Assembly: GCF_003351765.1 (NCBI RefSeq)
Contig: NZ_CP031229.1
Span: 2,376,916-2,440,915, forward strand
From: Ornithinimicrobium avium
GTDB taxonomy: Bacteria; Actinomycetota; Actinomycetes; Actinomycetales; Dermatophilaceae
DNA length: 64,000 bases
Direction of reading: 5' to 3'
The translations under genes and the position numbers were made by a program. Below, piece after piece: positions 41,976 to 51,676 of the stretch (positions within the stretch are counted from its first letter, which is position 1; each line of letters opens with the position of its first letter). Below the pieces are notes generated by a model, which was not told where the DNA came from, made no database searches, and saw only the letters and a program-made list of their open reading frames with translations.

Positions 41976-42554
41976 ATGGTAAAGCGCGCGTGGGGCAGTT
42001 GGAGGGAGGCTTCCCGCCTGTGGGACGCGTATCTATTGCGTGTTGGGCAATGGAGACTGCTACCGAAGCTCGCGGGCGTTGCAGTTGGCGACCTCGTGCT
42101 CAGCGTGTTGCTTGCCCGCCTTTCCTTTCTCCTTTGCCTACTCTTGGGCCTTCCTATGGTGTGGTTCGAGACGATCGTCAAGTTCATCGCCTTCACGGGG
42201 GCAATCGCTTTCGCTGTAGGTCTCGGCTCAATCTGCTGGATCGGCCTGAGGGACCTCGGGCTCAAGATTGGTGGTGTCGGCGCCTTGGCGATTGCAGTCG
42301 TGAACTTCTATGTGCTGAACTATGTTATCGACTATCAAGAGTGGATTTTGACTCAGGTCTCACGGGCGAGCCCGGATCCAGGTGGTTTTGCCGAGGGCAT
42401 TGACTGGGCCAATCCTTACGCTCGCTGGTACGTCGGAGTTGTTGCCCTGCTGGGAACTTTGATTGGATTCGTCTTCAAGATTAGGAACGCCTACGGACTG
42501 CTGCGCCACGGAGAGAAGCATAAGCAATCACCGACATGGAGCCGCCTCCAGTAG
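41976..42554 (+). CDS. Hypothetical integral membrane protein (4-5 TM)
   Basis: 192-aa hydrophobic ORF. Confidence 0.5.
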   Translation: MVKRAWGSWREASRLWDAYLLRVGQWRLLPKLAGVAVGDLVLSVLLARLSFLLCLLLGLPMVWFETIVKFIAFTGAIAFAVGLGSICWIGLRDLGLKIGGVGALAIAVVNFYVLNYVIDYQEWILTQVSRASPDPGGFAEGIDWANPYARWYVGVVALLGTLIGFVFKIRNAYGLLRHGEKHKQSPTWSRLQ

Positions 42555-42664
42555 GGACCATCCAAGCAAGTACTACGCCAGCTTGGTAACCCATCCGTAA
42601 GCGACCCGGGTGGGCACGTCCTTTTCCCGCGGACTCGCTTGTCGCGAGTCAGCGAGTCCGACCG

Positions 42665-42688
42665 GTGCGTCATTCCGCCGCGAGCGGA
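42665..42688 (+). repeat. Island motif copy d GTGCGTCATTCCGCCGCGAGCGGACG, directly 5' of the conserved integrase leader (42697-42786)
   Basis: Read directly. Confidence 0.8.
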
Positions 42689-42786
42689 CGCGGAGTCGGG
42701 CGCCGTAGCGTCGTTGGGGTCAGTGCCTCGTCGCGCTGGCGGCGGGCGTCGACAGTGGCCCTACGAGGTCGCCGCAGGAGGCGACC

Positions 42787-43710
42787 ATGTCCACCACGAC
42801 CAGCTCCACCGCGGCACTGCCGTTCCAGCCGTCCTCGATGAGCCCTGCGCAACTGGCAGCGGTCTCGTTCTTGGCTCGCTACTCCGGAGCGACTCACGCC
42901 CTGTACCGGGCACATCTGGGTCGCTGGTTCGCCTGGTGCGAGACCAACGCGTTGGACCCGTTGGTCGGGATACAGCGTGCGCACGTCGAGCTCTACATCC
43001 GTGACCTCGGGGACGCCGGCCTGATGGACTCCTCGGTGAACACGATGATGCACGCCGTGCGCGGGTACTTCCGGTTCGCGCACATCGACGGCACCATCCC
43101 CGCCGACCCGGCCGTGTACGCCCGGCTCCCGAAGGTCCACCGGGACGAGTCGCGCACCCAGGGCCTGGACCGGCTGGAGCTGATCCGCTTCCTCCAGGTC
43201 GCCCAGACGATCTCCGTCCACCACGGCGCGCTGGCCTACCTGCTCGGGATCAACGCCCTGCGCGCCTCCGAGGCCGCGGCCGTTCGCATCGAGGACTACA
43301 CCGACGTCCTGCGCGGCCACCGGGTGCTGCACCTGGTTGGCAAGGGCAACAAGCCCGCCACCATGCCGCTGACCGTTCCCGTCCTGCGGGTCCTGGAGGC
43401 CTGCCGCGGTGAGCGCACCACCGGGCCGCTGATCCTGCGACCGCTCTCCGGGAGACCGATCGACCGTCGTGACGTCTACCGGATGGTGCAGCGCATCGCG
43501 AGGAGCGCGCGGATCCCCAGGCACATCAGCCCCCACTCGCTACGGCACGCCGCCATCACCAACGCCCTGGACGCCGGCGTGCCCCTGCGCGACGCCCAGA
43601 TCCTCGCCCGTCACGCTGACCCCAGAACCACCGAGCACTACGACCGAGCCCGCGGCAACCTCGACCGCCACGGCGTCCACTTCCTCACCGCCTACGTCGC
43701 CGGCGTATAG
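42787..43710 (+). CDS. Tyrosine recombinase/integrase (XerD-like, 307 aa), copy 1
   Basis: N-terminal SAM-like core-binding domain. C-terminal catalytic R...HSLRHA...ARHADPRTTEHYD (R-H-R-Y). About 98% identical to the copy at 47742. Confidence 0.85.
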   Translation: MSTTTSSTAALPFQPSSMSPAQLAAVSFLARYSGATHALYRAHLGRWFAWCETNALDPLVGIQRAHVELYIRDLGDAGLMDSSVNTMMHAVRGYFRFAHIDGTIPADPAVYARLPKVHRDESRTQGLDRLELIRFLQVAQTISVHHGALAYLLGINALRASEAAAVRIEDYTDVLRGHRVLHLVGKGNKPATMPLTVPVLRVLEACRGERTTGPLILRPLSGRPIDRRDVYRMVQRIARSARIPRHISPHSLRHAAITNALDAGVPLRDAQILARHADPRTTEHYDRARGNLDRHGVHFLTAYVAGV

Positions 43711-43872
43711 GTACGCGGCCGACTACGTCAGATCCGCCCAGGATGATGTACCTGCGTGTGGGGCCTCAGGGGTCATCACAGGCCGCAGGTGACCAGCGCG
43801 TAGGCACCTGGGTTGGCGTGCAGGGAGAGGTGCGAGGAAACCCCGACTACTCTACGAAAGGATTATCTTACA

Positions 43873-44082
43873 TGAGAGCCGTCAACACCAGCACATTCCG
43901 CAGGAAACACGCCGATCAGATCACCGCTATGTCAGGAGTCCTGGGGGCAGCCGCCGAACCCCACGGCTCGGACAAGGAGTCGGCAGGGGCCGAGCGTTCG
44001 GCTACCTGTTGTGTCGCCCCGTATTGTCAATGGCCAAGAAGCCGACGTCAGGGTCCGGGTCTGGCCCTGTCCAGTCCTTGAT
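43873..44082 (+). CDS. Possible small Cys-containing ORF (69 aa)
   Basis: AAAGGA RBS 9 nt upstream of the ATG. Overlaps the 3' end of the antisense EF-hand pseudogene. Weak. Confidence 0.2.
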
Positions 44083-44306
44083 ACAGATCACCCCGTCCCC
44101 GTTCTTGTCGATGGTGTCAAAGAATCCCGGATTGTAAAGAATCCCGGATTGTCCGGGTTCACCAAGGTGGTGTTTTCCACCCACGGGCCCAGGCACTGTC
44201 CCCCCGCGGGAGGCACGGCCAAAGCGGTAACCGGTCCTACAGCGCCCAAGCCCAATGCAATCGCGACACATCCAAGAGCGCGGCGAGTGCGGTAATGACG
44301 ATCCAT
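44002..44306 (-). pseudogene. Secreted EF-hand calcium-binding protein gene inactivated by a 17-bp tandem duplication
   Basis: ATG 44306 with GGGAGG RBS. Signal peptide MDRHYRTRRALGCVAIALGLGAVGPVTALA. Frame breaks at the duplication, after which DTIDKNGDGVICIKDW (a DxNxDG loop) continues in another frame. NPGFF is encoded twice. Confidence 0.7.
44119..44152. repeat. Perfect 17-bp tandem duplication AAAGAATCCCGGATTGT x2
   Basis: Read directly. 17 is not a multiple of 3, so it causes a frameshift. Confidence 0.9.
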
Positions 44307-44763
44307 GACGACCTCCCTGTAAGCACGAAAGTGGGTCACCTCAGTGTTCTGCGGCCCTGCTCGCATGTCAACAGGCGGATCACAGCGGACGCCCGCCTCT
44401 GCCGCCGGTCGGTCGTTTCGGCGTGCGTCAATCCGCCGCATAGGGACGCGTCTTGGCGCCCGGACTGTGTGCTCCCTCCGTATCCAACGGAACCTCTGGC
44501 TCGCAGAAAACGCGCCGGTCGCCAACCTCGTCCCAGACAGGTGGAGCACCTGACCGCCCTCGCCCCTCCCTGACCCATCAGCGCTCATCCTGTCCCGACC
44601 AGCTAGCACACCGCCTGGGACCATGGAAAACTGACGTCGCGGAAGGCCGTCCGGAACTCTGTCCTACCCCAGTGCCAGAACTACCCCCCGACATCTCCTG
44701 CAACGCCGTCACACCACGGCCGACGGCGACCCACGAAAGAACGAGGATGGGCAATCTATTCAG

Positions 44764-45936
44764 CTAGTTTAGCGGTCGATTGCCGATCTTATCATGGATC
44801 GCGTCCTCATTCTCCATGTAAATTTGAGCTATGTCGCCGTCACCATTCGGCGCACCTAAGTAGTTTTGATTTATGGCGTTGGCCATCGAGTCGCTAGTAA
44901 AGGGCACTTCTAGTGGGTACAACATGAAGCGATTATCGACCGAAAATTCGGCGGTGAGTAGTTCACTGGTCGCACCATCGATGTAGTGGAGCGTGATGTC
45001 GTCATGTCGATTTCGCTCATCAGGGAAGAAATTGATCTGAGCGCCAAGGACAACGCTGTCAGCCGGCAAGGCGTCAGCCGTGGCGATCATCTGCCGGAGA
45101 CCAGCGTGGTCGAGCGCCGACGGACAGTCGAATTCATCCTCACAAAGTGTGCGGTCTTCGCCTGTCTCTGCCATGCCCCGTATCAGATAGGTACCCATAG
45201 CATCGAATATCCTTTGTGATTCTGGCATTACCCGATCGATATCTATGCCTAGCTCATCCTTGTTGACGAGATAGACGTTTAGGACGGCAGTGATATTTTC
45301 ACCAGCTGCCACCGCGATTTCAACCGATTCCGTCCCCCCACCAGGGGTCTCTAAGTCAGCCAGCCACGTGTTGTCTTCACGATCTATCAAGTCGGCGTGG
45401 TGGGCAAGAGGCGTCGATGCGCCCCTCTCGACCAGGAAGTTTTCGACATAATTACGCCCTGCTTCCGGTGCGGAACCTAGTATCCAATCGTGGTCCAGGC
45501 CCGCGTAGAAGGCTCGCATCTGGCTGATGTCCCCACCGTCATGAAAGTACGGCACCCGTTCAGTTGCAAATCTGAAGTCGACAGCTGCCGGCTCAGTATC
45601 GCTGGCTGTTGGGTCAACCACCTCTCCACCGGCCGGGCTGGGCGGGTCGATTTCGACAGGGGCGCTTGGCTGGACCCCAGCCGACGCGGTTGATACAGGT
45701 GGGGTTTGCTCGGCTCCGGGCTCGGTCTCGCCGTCGCCCAGGGTTGAGCCGACGAGTACGCCTCCACCCAGCAGCACCACTCCCGCCGCGACTCCGCCGA
45801 TTAATTTACTCCGGCTCTTTCGCTTGGCCTCCGCCTCACGCATGCGCGCAAGTTCGGCCCCTTCTTCGTCCACCACGTCGTGCTCCCTCAGTCCACGGAT
45901 GCCGGGATCGTACAACAACCCGCGTCGCGCCCGCAC
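44764..45936 (-). CDS. Hypothetical single-pass membrane-anchored protein with a large extracytoplasmic domain
   Basis: 390 aa, about 50% GC. Lys/Arg-rich N-terminus, TM helix LIGGVAAGVVLLGGGVLVG. Confidence 0.5.
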   Translation of the reverse strand: MRARRGLLYDPGIRGLREHDVVDEEGAELARMREAEAKRKSRSKLIGGVAAGVVLLGGGVLVGSTLGDGETEPGAEQTPPVSTASAGVQPSAPVEIDPPSPAGGEVVDPTASDTEPAAVDFRFATERVPYFHDGGDISQMRAFYAGLDHDWILGSAPEAGRNYVENFLVERGASTPLAHHADLIDREDNTWLADLETPGGGTESVEIAVAAGENITAVLNVYLVNKDELGIDIDRVMPESQRIFDAMGTYLIRGMAETGEDRTLCEDEFDCPSALDHAGLRQMIATADALPADSVVLGAQINFFPDERNRHDDITLHYIDGATSELLTAEFSVDNRFMLYPLEVPFTSDSMANAINQNYLGAPNGDGDIAQIYMENEDAIHDKIGNRPLN

Positions 45937-46181
45937 CGGACCGCTCGCGGCACCGAGAGTCCCTCCCGTAATCGATGAGCACCCGGGTTACGTGTTCAGT
46001 GTCTGTGTACTTCATCAGGACCCTCCTGCGCTACAACGTCGCTGTAGCCTTCGACGACCCTGATACGACGTTCTTGATGTCGTAGAAGCATTTGCCCGGA
46101 CGAGTGTGCCTTGGTCTCTTGTCTGCCATATCCGGGCTTGCTTCCCACTGAACTCATCGGCATTGGGTCGATCGTTGCGGA

Positions 46182-46207
46182 GTGCGTCATTTCGCCGCGA
46201 GCGGACC
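46182..46207 (+). repeat. Island motif copy e GTGCGTCATTTCGCCGCGAGCGGACC
   Basis: Read directly. Followed by GCGCCGGCGTAGTGGGACTCGG, resembling block 2 of copy d. Confidence 0.8.
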
Positions 46208-46237
46208 TGCGCCGGCGTAGTGGGACTCGGTGGATCG

Positions 46238-46501
46238 TCAGCGACGTTGGTAGATGTCGCGTCTGTGGCCGACGGCCACGACCAGGACGAGAAGGACGTC
46301 GTCGCGGATCTCGTAGATGATGCGGTAGTCGCCAGTGCGAACCCGCCACTCACCGTTTCCACCGACGAGTTTCTTCGCCGCATTGGGCCGGGGTTGGTCC
46401 GCGAGCAGCTCGACCGCTGCCTGCACGCGGCGCCGCGCATCTGGGTTGAGCTTACGCAGCTGGCGCACCGCGGCAGGCGCGACCTCGACGCGATATGTCA
46501 T
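46238..46501 (-). CDS. RelE/ParE-family type II toxin
   Basis: 87 aa: MTYRVEVAPAAVRQLRKL...GEWRVRTGDYRIIYEIRDDVLLVLVVAVGHRRDIY. ATGA overlap with the antitoxin. Confidence 0.8.
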   Translation of the reverse strand: MTYRVEVAPAAVRQLRKLNPDARRRVQAAVELLADQPRPNAAKKLVGGNGEWRVRTGDYRIIYEIRDDVLLVLVVAVGHRRDIYQRR

Positions 46502-46761
46502 GCCAGGCCGAGGTCGGCCTTGACCTGATCCCACGGGATGGCAGTCTCGCCCTCGTCCAGCTCGGCTCGGGCGGCCCGGGCGGCCTCGATGTCGGCAAGG
46601 TCCTCCGCGGCTGCGATCAACCCGTCCAGATCGTTGGCATCGATCACGGCAGCCACCCGCCGGCCACGACGGGTCAGGTAGATCGGGTCGTGCCCGATGC
46701 GGGCGGCATCGACGACATCCGCCAGTCGAGCTCGGGCGTCGCTGACAGTGATCTCTCTCAT
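46498..46761 (-). CDS. Phd/YefM-family type II antitoxin
   Basis: 87 aa: MREITVSDARARLADVVDAARIGHDPIYLTRRGRRVAAVIDANDLD. Confidence 0.8.
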   Translation of the reverse strand: MREITVSDARARLADVVDAARIGHDPIYLTRRGRRVAAVIDANDLDGLIAAAEDLADIEAARAARAELDEGETAIPWDQVKADLGLA

Positions 46762-46884
46762 GGATCAACGGTACCGCATAAACCGCGATTTTGTACAATA
46801 GAGCCTAGTTGGCGCACTTCTGTCGGGTAGGGCAGCACCCCAGCAGCACCCCAGCGTCGCGGCGGGTCACGTCATCAGGAGACC

Positions 46885-46902
46885 GCATCACTTCGCCGCG
46901 AG
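46885..46902 (+). repeat. Island motif copy f GCATCACTTCGCCGCGAG
   Basis: Read directly. Confidence 0.7.
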
Positions 46903-46952
46903 TAGGTATGGACGGTAGCGGCCCCGGAGAGGAAGTCCAGCTCGCCGTGGCC

Positions 46953-47558
46953 TCAGTGGCTCCGGCCAGCTTTGGCGGGGCAGTGCTCGACGCCGACTCC
47001 TCCCGGCCTCCAGGTGATTCCGGTGATCGAGCGCAGCGGCGCGAACGGGTCGCATGCTCGTGGCCAGGCCACCGGCAGGCTGGCCGAGATCTCTGTTGCC
47101 TCGCCCGGGGAGGCCCGAACGGCCAACCGGCGCAACGCCTCTACGTCAGTGAGCTTGACCGTGACACTCCAGGTCGCCGTCCCGTGGTCGACGGAGTCGC
47201 CGCCCTTGGCCTCGCTCTCCACCGACAGGATCCGCAAGGCGCCGGCCTCCACCGCCTCCTCCAGCCCATCGCTGGGCCAGATCAGCCAGGCAAGGGCATC
47301 GAAGACGTCATCGTCGGGCGCGGCATCCGGTGCCTCACGCTCGGCCTCCTCGACGCCGAGGTCACCGCCCGAGGCGGCGATCACGACGCCCTCGTTCGAC
47401 CGCGCCGCGGCCTGCAGGGCAGAAGCATCAGTGATGGTGACCTCTGCGGTGGCGGTCAGTTGCCACACCTGCCGGTTCTTCCCGCGCTGCGGTGGCTGGG
47501 GAGGGACCTGCGGCTGGTGGTCGGGCAGCTGAAAGAGACCTGGCTGGTCGGCATCCAT
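46953..47558 (-). CDS. Conserved hypothetical protein 'geneX' (201 aa), divergently paired with integrase copy 2
   Basis: ATG 47558 (MDADQPGLFQLPD...). An about 85%-identical paralogue is fragmented at 53342-53861 and 55313-55406. The listed 610-aa ORF is extended by the antisense of the integrase. Confidence 0.6.
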   Translation of the reverse strand: MDADQPGLFQLPDHQPQVPPQPPQRGKNRQVWQLTATAEVTITDASALQAAARSNEGVVIAASGGDLGVEEAEREAPDAAPDDDVFDALAWLIWPSDGLEEAVEAGALRILSVESEAKGGDSVDHGTATWSVTVKLTDVEALRRLAVRASPGEATEISASLPVAWPRACDPFAPLRSITGITWRPGGVGVEHCPAKAGRSH

Positions 47559-47741
47559 GCCGACCGACCCTATGCCCCTCAGCTCCGCTGGTCCGATGTC
47601 TGACGGAAGGTCGCGCGCTCCGTCGCACGTCTCATCGCCGGGCGGGTCCAGTGTTCGGCGTAGCGTCGTTGGGGTCAGTGCCTCGTCGCGCTGGCGGCGG
47701 GCGTCGACAGTGGCGCAACGAGGTCGCCGCAGGAGGCGACC

Positions 47742-48665
47742 ATGTCCACCACGTCCAGCTCCGAGACGATCCTGCCGTTCCAGCCGTCCTCGATGAGTGC
47801 CGCGCAGCTGGCAGCGGTCTCGTTCCTGGCGCGGTATTCCGGGGCCACGCATGCCCTGTACCGGGCGCAACTGGGTCGCTGGTTCGCCTGGTGCGGGACC
47901 AACGGGTTGGACCCGTTGGTCGGGATACAGCGAGCCCACGTCGAGCTCTACATCCGTGACCTCGGGGACGCCGGCCTGATGGACTCCTCGGTGAACACGA
48001 TGATGCACGCCGTCCGGGGCTACTTCCGGTTCGCCCACATCGACGGCACCATCCCCGCCGACCCGGCCGTGTACGCCCGGCTCCCGAAGGTCCACCGGGA
48101 CGAGTCGCGCACTCAGGGCCTGGACCGGCTGGAGCTGATCCGTTTCCTGCAGGTTGCTCAGACGATCTCCGTCCACCACGGCGCGCTGGCCTACCTGCTC
48201 GGGGTCAACGCGCTGCGTGCCTCCGAGGCCGCGGCGGTGCGGATCGAGGACTACACCGACGTGCTGCGAGGCCACCGGGTGCTGCACCTGGTTGGCAAGG
48301 GCAACAAGCCCGCCACCATGCCGCTGACCGTTCCCGTCCTGCGGGTCCTGGAGGCCTGCCGCGGTGAGCGCACCACCGGGCCGCTGATCCTGCGACCGCT
48401 CTCCGGGAGACCGATCGACCGTCGTGACGTCTACCGGATGGTGCAGCGCATCGCGAGGAGCGCGAGTATCCCCAGGCACATCAGCCCCCACTCGCTTCGG
48501 CACGCTGCCATCACCAACGCCCTGGACGCCGGCGTGCCCCTGCGCGACGCCCAGATCCTCGCCCGGCACGCTGACCCCAGAACCACCGAGCACTACGACC
48601 GAGCCCGCGGCAACCTCGACCGGCACGGCGTCCACTTCCTCACCGCCTACGTCGCCGGCGTATAG
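47742..48665 (+). CDS. Tyrosine recombinase/integrase (XerD-like, 307 aa), copy 2
   Basis: Near-identical to copy 1, including the 97-bp upstream leader (47645-47741). Confidence 0.85.
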   Translation: MSTTSSSETILPFQPSSMSAAQLAAVSFLARYSGATHALYRAQLGRWFAWCGTNGLDPLVGIQRAHVELYIRDLGDAGLMDSSVNTMMHAVRGYFRFAHIDGTIPADPAVYARLPKVHRDESRTQGLDRLELIRFLQVAQTISVHHGALAYLLGVNALRASEAAAVRIEDYTDVLRGHRVLHLVGKGNKPATMPLTVPVLRVLEACRGERTTGPLILRPLSGRPIDRRDVYRMVQRIARSASIPRHISPHSLRHAAITNALDAGVPLRDAQILARHADPRTTEHYDRARGNLDRHGVHFLTAYVAGV

Positions 48666-48711
48666 TCGGGCTGCCACGTCAGTTCCGCCCAGATAGACGC
48701 GCGCTTCGCTG

Positions 48712-49380
48712 CTATTGCTCAGCGCGTTGTCCGGGGGAGATGAATCCTGACTCGTAGGCGAAGATGACTGCTTGCACGCGGTCACGCACTCCGAGCTTGG
48801 CGAAGAGCCGGTTGATGTGTGTCTTCACCGTGGCTTCGGACACGAACATCACGCGGGCTATGTCGGCGTTCGAGCGGCCGTTGGCCAGGTGCTCGAACAC
48901 CTGTCGCTCCCGCTCGGTGAGCTCAGCGAGTCCGGGTGCTGTTTCGCCGGGGCGTGGTTTGGCCATGAACTGGCGCATCAGCTGCCTGGTCACGTCGGGA
49001 GCGATCAGCTCCGTCCCTGCGGCGACGGACCGTACCGCGTGGACGAGGTCACCGGCGGTCGTGGTCTTCAGGAGGAAGCCCGACGCGCCTGCGTGGAAGG
49101 CGTCCCAGACGTTCTCATCGGCCCCGTAGGTCGTCAGCACGATGACCCGTCCGGTCCAGTGCCGGTCGGAACAGATCCGACGGGTTGCCTCGACGCCGTC
49201 CAGCAGCGGCATCCTGATGTCCATCAGGACGACGTCCGGAGTCAGTCGAAGGGTCTGCTCGACAGCATCGACCCCGTCCTCCGCTGCGCCGACGACCTGG
49301 CAATCGGGTTGAGAGTCGAGGATTGCCTGGAACCCTTCGCGCACGAGTGCCTGGTCATCCACGACGAGGACGCGAATCAT
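48712..49380 (-). CDS. NarL/LuxR-family two-component response regulator
   Basis: Receiver domain (VLVVDDQALVREG...VLMDIRMP) and LuxR HTH (LTERERQVFEHLANGRSNADIA). Confidence 0.85.
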   Translation of the reverse strand: MIRVLVVDDQALVREGFQAILDSQPDCQVVGAAEDGVDAVEQTLRLTPDVVLMDIRMPLLDGVEATRRICSDRHWTGRVIVLTTYGADENVWDAFHAGASGFLLKTTTAGDLVHAVRSVAAGTELIAPDVTRQLMRQFMAKPRPGETAPGLAELTERERQVFEHLANGRSNADIARVMFVSEATVKTHINRLFAKLGVRDRVQAVIFAYESGFISPGQRAEQ

Positions 49381-50651
49381 GACTCACCCACGTGATGCTC
49401 CAAGGGGAACCGGCCCCGGACGACCCAGCTGCCATCCGGCAAGCGTGGTCCGGCTTCGAGTGTCCCGCCATAGAGCCGGGCACGTTCGCTCATGCCGATG
49501 ATCCCGAAGCCAGGACTCTCCGGGCGCTGGGGACGACCGCCTCCGTCGTCGATGATCTCCACCTGTAGGGCGACGGGGGTGTAGGTGATGATCACCTCGC
49601 AGCGGCTCCGGCTCGCGTGCTTGCGCACGTTGGTGAGTGATTCCTGGACGATCCGGAAGATCGAGAGAGCCAACCCGCGCGGCAGCTCACGAGGTGTGCC
49701 CTGGACGCTCAGGCTCACCGAGTGACCCACGGCCTGCTCGGCGGCGATGAGCTCGTGCACGTCATCGAGGGCCGGTTGAGGTCGGCGTCCGGCAGTCTCG
49801 CCTCCGCGCATCAGCCCCAACATGTGGCGCATCTCGAGCATCGCTTCAGCACCTGTCGCCTGGACCTCGTGCATGGCCTTACGAGCAGCCTCGGGTGAGT
49901 AGTCAATCAGCTCGGCGGCAGCAGCTGCCTGCACGACCATCGCAGAGAGGCCGTGAGAGACGATGTCATGAAGCTCTCGGGCGATGCGCTCTCGTTCGTC
50001 GTCGGCCGCCCGTCTCGTCCGGCGCTGCGCGCTGGCGACCGCCTCCGCCTCCGCGCCGGCGCGCGCGCGGACCAGGACACCAGCGATCCACGGACCAGTG
50101 ATGAGGAGCAGACCGAAACCGTAGTCGGAGCCGCCCACGCCTGTGGCCGCGATCGCAACCGAGACCAGCGTGGTGCCGATCGCGAGGCCGATGGCCGAGG
50201 CTTTCCGATCGAGGTGCGCGCCGACGGAATAGGCGGCGACGAGGATGAACGGGATCGTCATCAGCTGGGCGTTGACGGCGACGCCGAGGAATGACTGGAC
50301 GGTCAGCGCCAGCAGGACGAGCGTGAGGCACGTGCGCGGGCGCAGCCGCCGTATTATCAGCGCAGCGGTCATGACCAGCAGGGACAGGTTCGCGACCAAC
50401 GCGTGGCCGGGGACCGCCCCGAGCGTCACCTCGACCAGGCCAGCGAGTCCGATGACTCCCGCGAGCAGGATGTCCTCTCGACGCTCCGCACCCATCGTCC
50501 GGACCGACGAGCTGACGGAGTGGACGTCGAGCCCATCACCGACCCACCGCATGCCCATCAGCGTCTCAGGTACCGCCGCGGGATGCATCCACCTTGCGGC
50601 CAGCTCCCTCAACCTGCGGATGGAACAGGCTCCGCGATTTCTTGGAGCCAA
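49377..50651 (-). CDS. Sensor histidine kinase (HisKA_3/NarX-DesK type) with multi-TM sensor
   Basis: H-box ELHDIVSHGLS. HATPase region. ATGA overlap with the regulator. The exact start is uncertain (50651 is the longest ORF). Confidence 0.75.
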   Translation of the reverse strand: MAPRNRGACSIRRLRELAARWMHPAAVPETLMGMRWVGDGLDVHSVSSSVRTMGAERREDILLAGVIGLAGLVEVTLGAVPGHALVANLSLLVMTAALIIRRLRPRTCLTLVLLALTVQSFLGVAVNAQLMTIPFILVAAYSVGAHLDRKASAIGLAIGTTLVSVAIAATGVGGSDYGFGLLLITGPWIAGVLVRARAGAEAEAVASAQRRTRRAADDERERIARELHDIVSHGLSAMVVQAAAAAELIDYSPEAARKAMHEVQATGAEAMLEMRHMLGLMRGGETAGRRPQPALDDVHELIAAEQAVGHSVSLSVQGTPRELPRGLALSIFRIVQESLTNVRKHASRSRCEVIITYTPVALQVEIIDDGGGRPQRPESPGFGIIGMSERARLYGGTLEAGPRLPDGSWVVRGRFPLEHHVGES

Positions 50652-50743
50652 GAGCTACCGAAACTGCCTCTGCGGCCGACGCGCGAGCCAGCGAGAACGG
50701 ATGGACTTACCGGGTCCGATTCCGTCAATGAGGAGCCAAACCC

Positions 50744-51457
50744 ATGCGCAACGAACCACAGGCGTTGTCCGCAACAAGTCCAGTCGACACACACGCCTCA
50801 CACGCCCATCGCATCGTCACGGCAGCGGCGCTCGCCGGCTCCGCCATGCTCGTTGGCATCGGCGGACTCATCGCGCCGCCGAACGACGGGCAGGCAACTG
50901 GCCTGTACGACGTGGCGTCCTCGGCCCCCGGCCGCCTGACGGTCGAGGCCGTCGTACTCGTCATCTCATCCATCCTGCTCGTCGTCGGCGTGATCGGCGC
51001 CGCGCGGGTGGTCCGCGGCCGCGGGAGGCGGCTGGCCTGGGCCGCCGCCCTCTTCGGGGTGATGGGCGCCCTCGGCCACGTCGCCTACGCCACCTTCTCC
51101 CTCATCACGATCCAGGTCGTAGACGCAGCACCAGACCGCGCCGCGGCAATCGAGACTCTTGACAGTATCAACGGCGATGCGGCGATCGGACTGCTCGTGA
51201 TGCCGCTGGTCGTGGCGTACGGGCTGTCGGTGATCCTGCTCCCGATCGCCTTCTACCGTCGCCGGCTGGTGCCACTCTGGGTCGTCGGACTCGCCGGCGT
51301 GGCGTTCGTCCTCGAGGTGGTAGCCCCCGGCGGCGTCCTCGCGGTCCTCGGTCTAAAGTACGCACTCGGGGCGGCGGCAGGCCTGGCCCTAGGCTGGCGG
51401 ATCACACAGCTCTCCAACTCGGAATGGCGCAACCCAGAAACCATCGACCTAACCTGA
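50744..51457 (+). CDS. Hypothetical integral membrane protein (6 TM), divergent from the two-component system
   Basis: 237-aa hydrophobic ORF. Confidence 0.5.
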   Translation: MRNEPQALSATSPVDTHASHAHRIVTAAALAGSAMLVGIGGLIAPPNDGQATGLYDVASSAPGRLTVEAVVLVISSILLVVGVIGAARVVRGRGRRLAWAAALFGVMGALGHVAYATFSLITIQVVDAAPDRAAAIETLDSINGDAAIGLLVMPLVVAYGLSVILLPIAFYRRRLVPLWVVGLAGVAFVLEVVAPGGVLAVLGLKYALGAAAGLALGWRITQLSNSEWRNPETIDLT

Positions 51458-51587
51458 CCCGACACCGTCGCGGCGGACGCGCGTCACCAGGCGGGCCACA
51501 AGGAACCCTCGGGTCGGGATGGCCAACTGCACCCCGCTTCGCCCGTGCTGGTTAGTCACGAAACCCCTTGCACGCCGCAGCCGACAA

Positions 51588-51608
51588 GCGCGTCACTTCG
51601 CCGCGAGC
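51588..51608 (+). repeat. Island motif copy g GCGCGTCACTTCGCCGCGAGC
   Basis: Read directly. Confidence 0.75.
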
Positions 51609-51676
51609 CGGGCGCTTTTACTCGCGTCGTGGGTAGCAGTTGGAGGGCGAGCCGCCGTGTAGACGGAATCATCTAC

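Noticed and set aside
46953-48785. 610-aa minus-strand ORF
   Set aside because: Upstream of codon ~410 it is the antisense of integrase copy 2. Only the terminal 201 codons (geneX) are retained.
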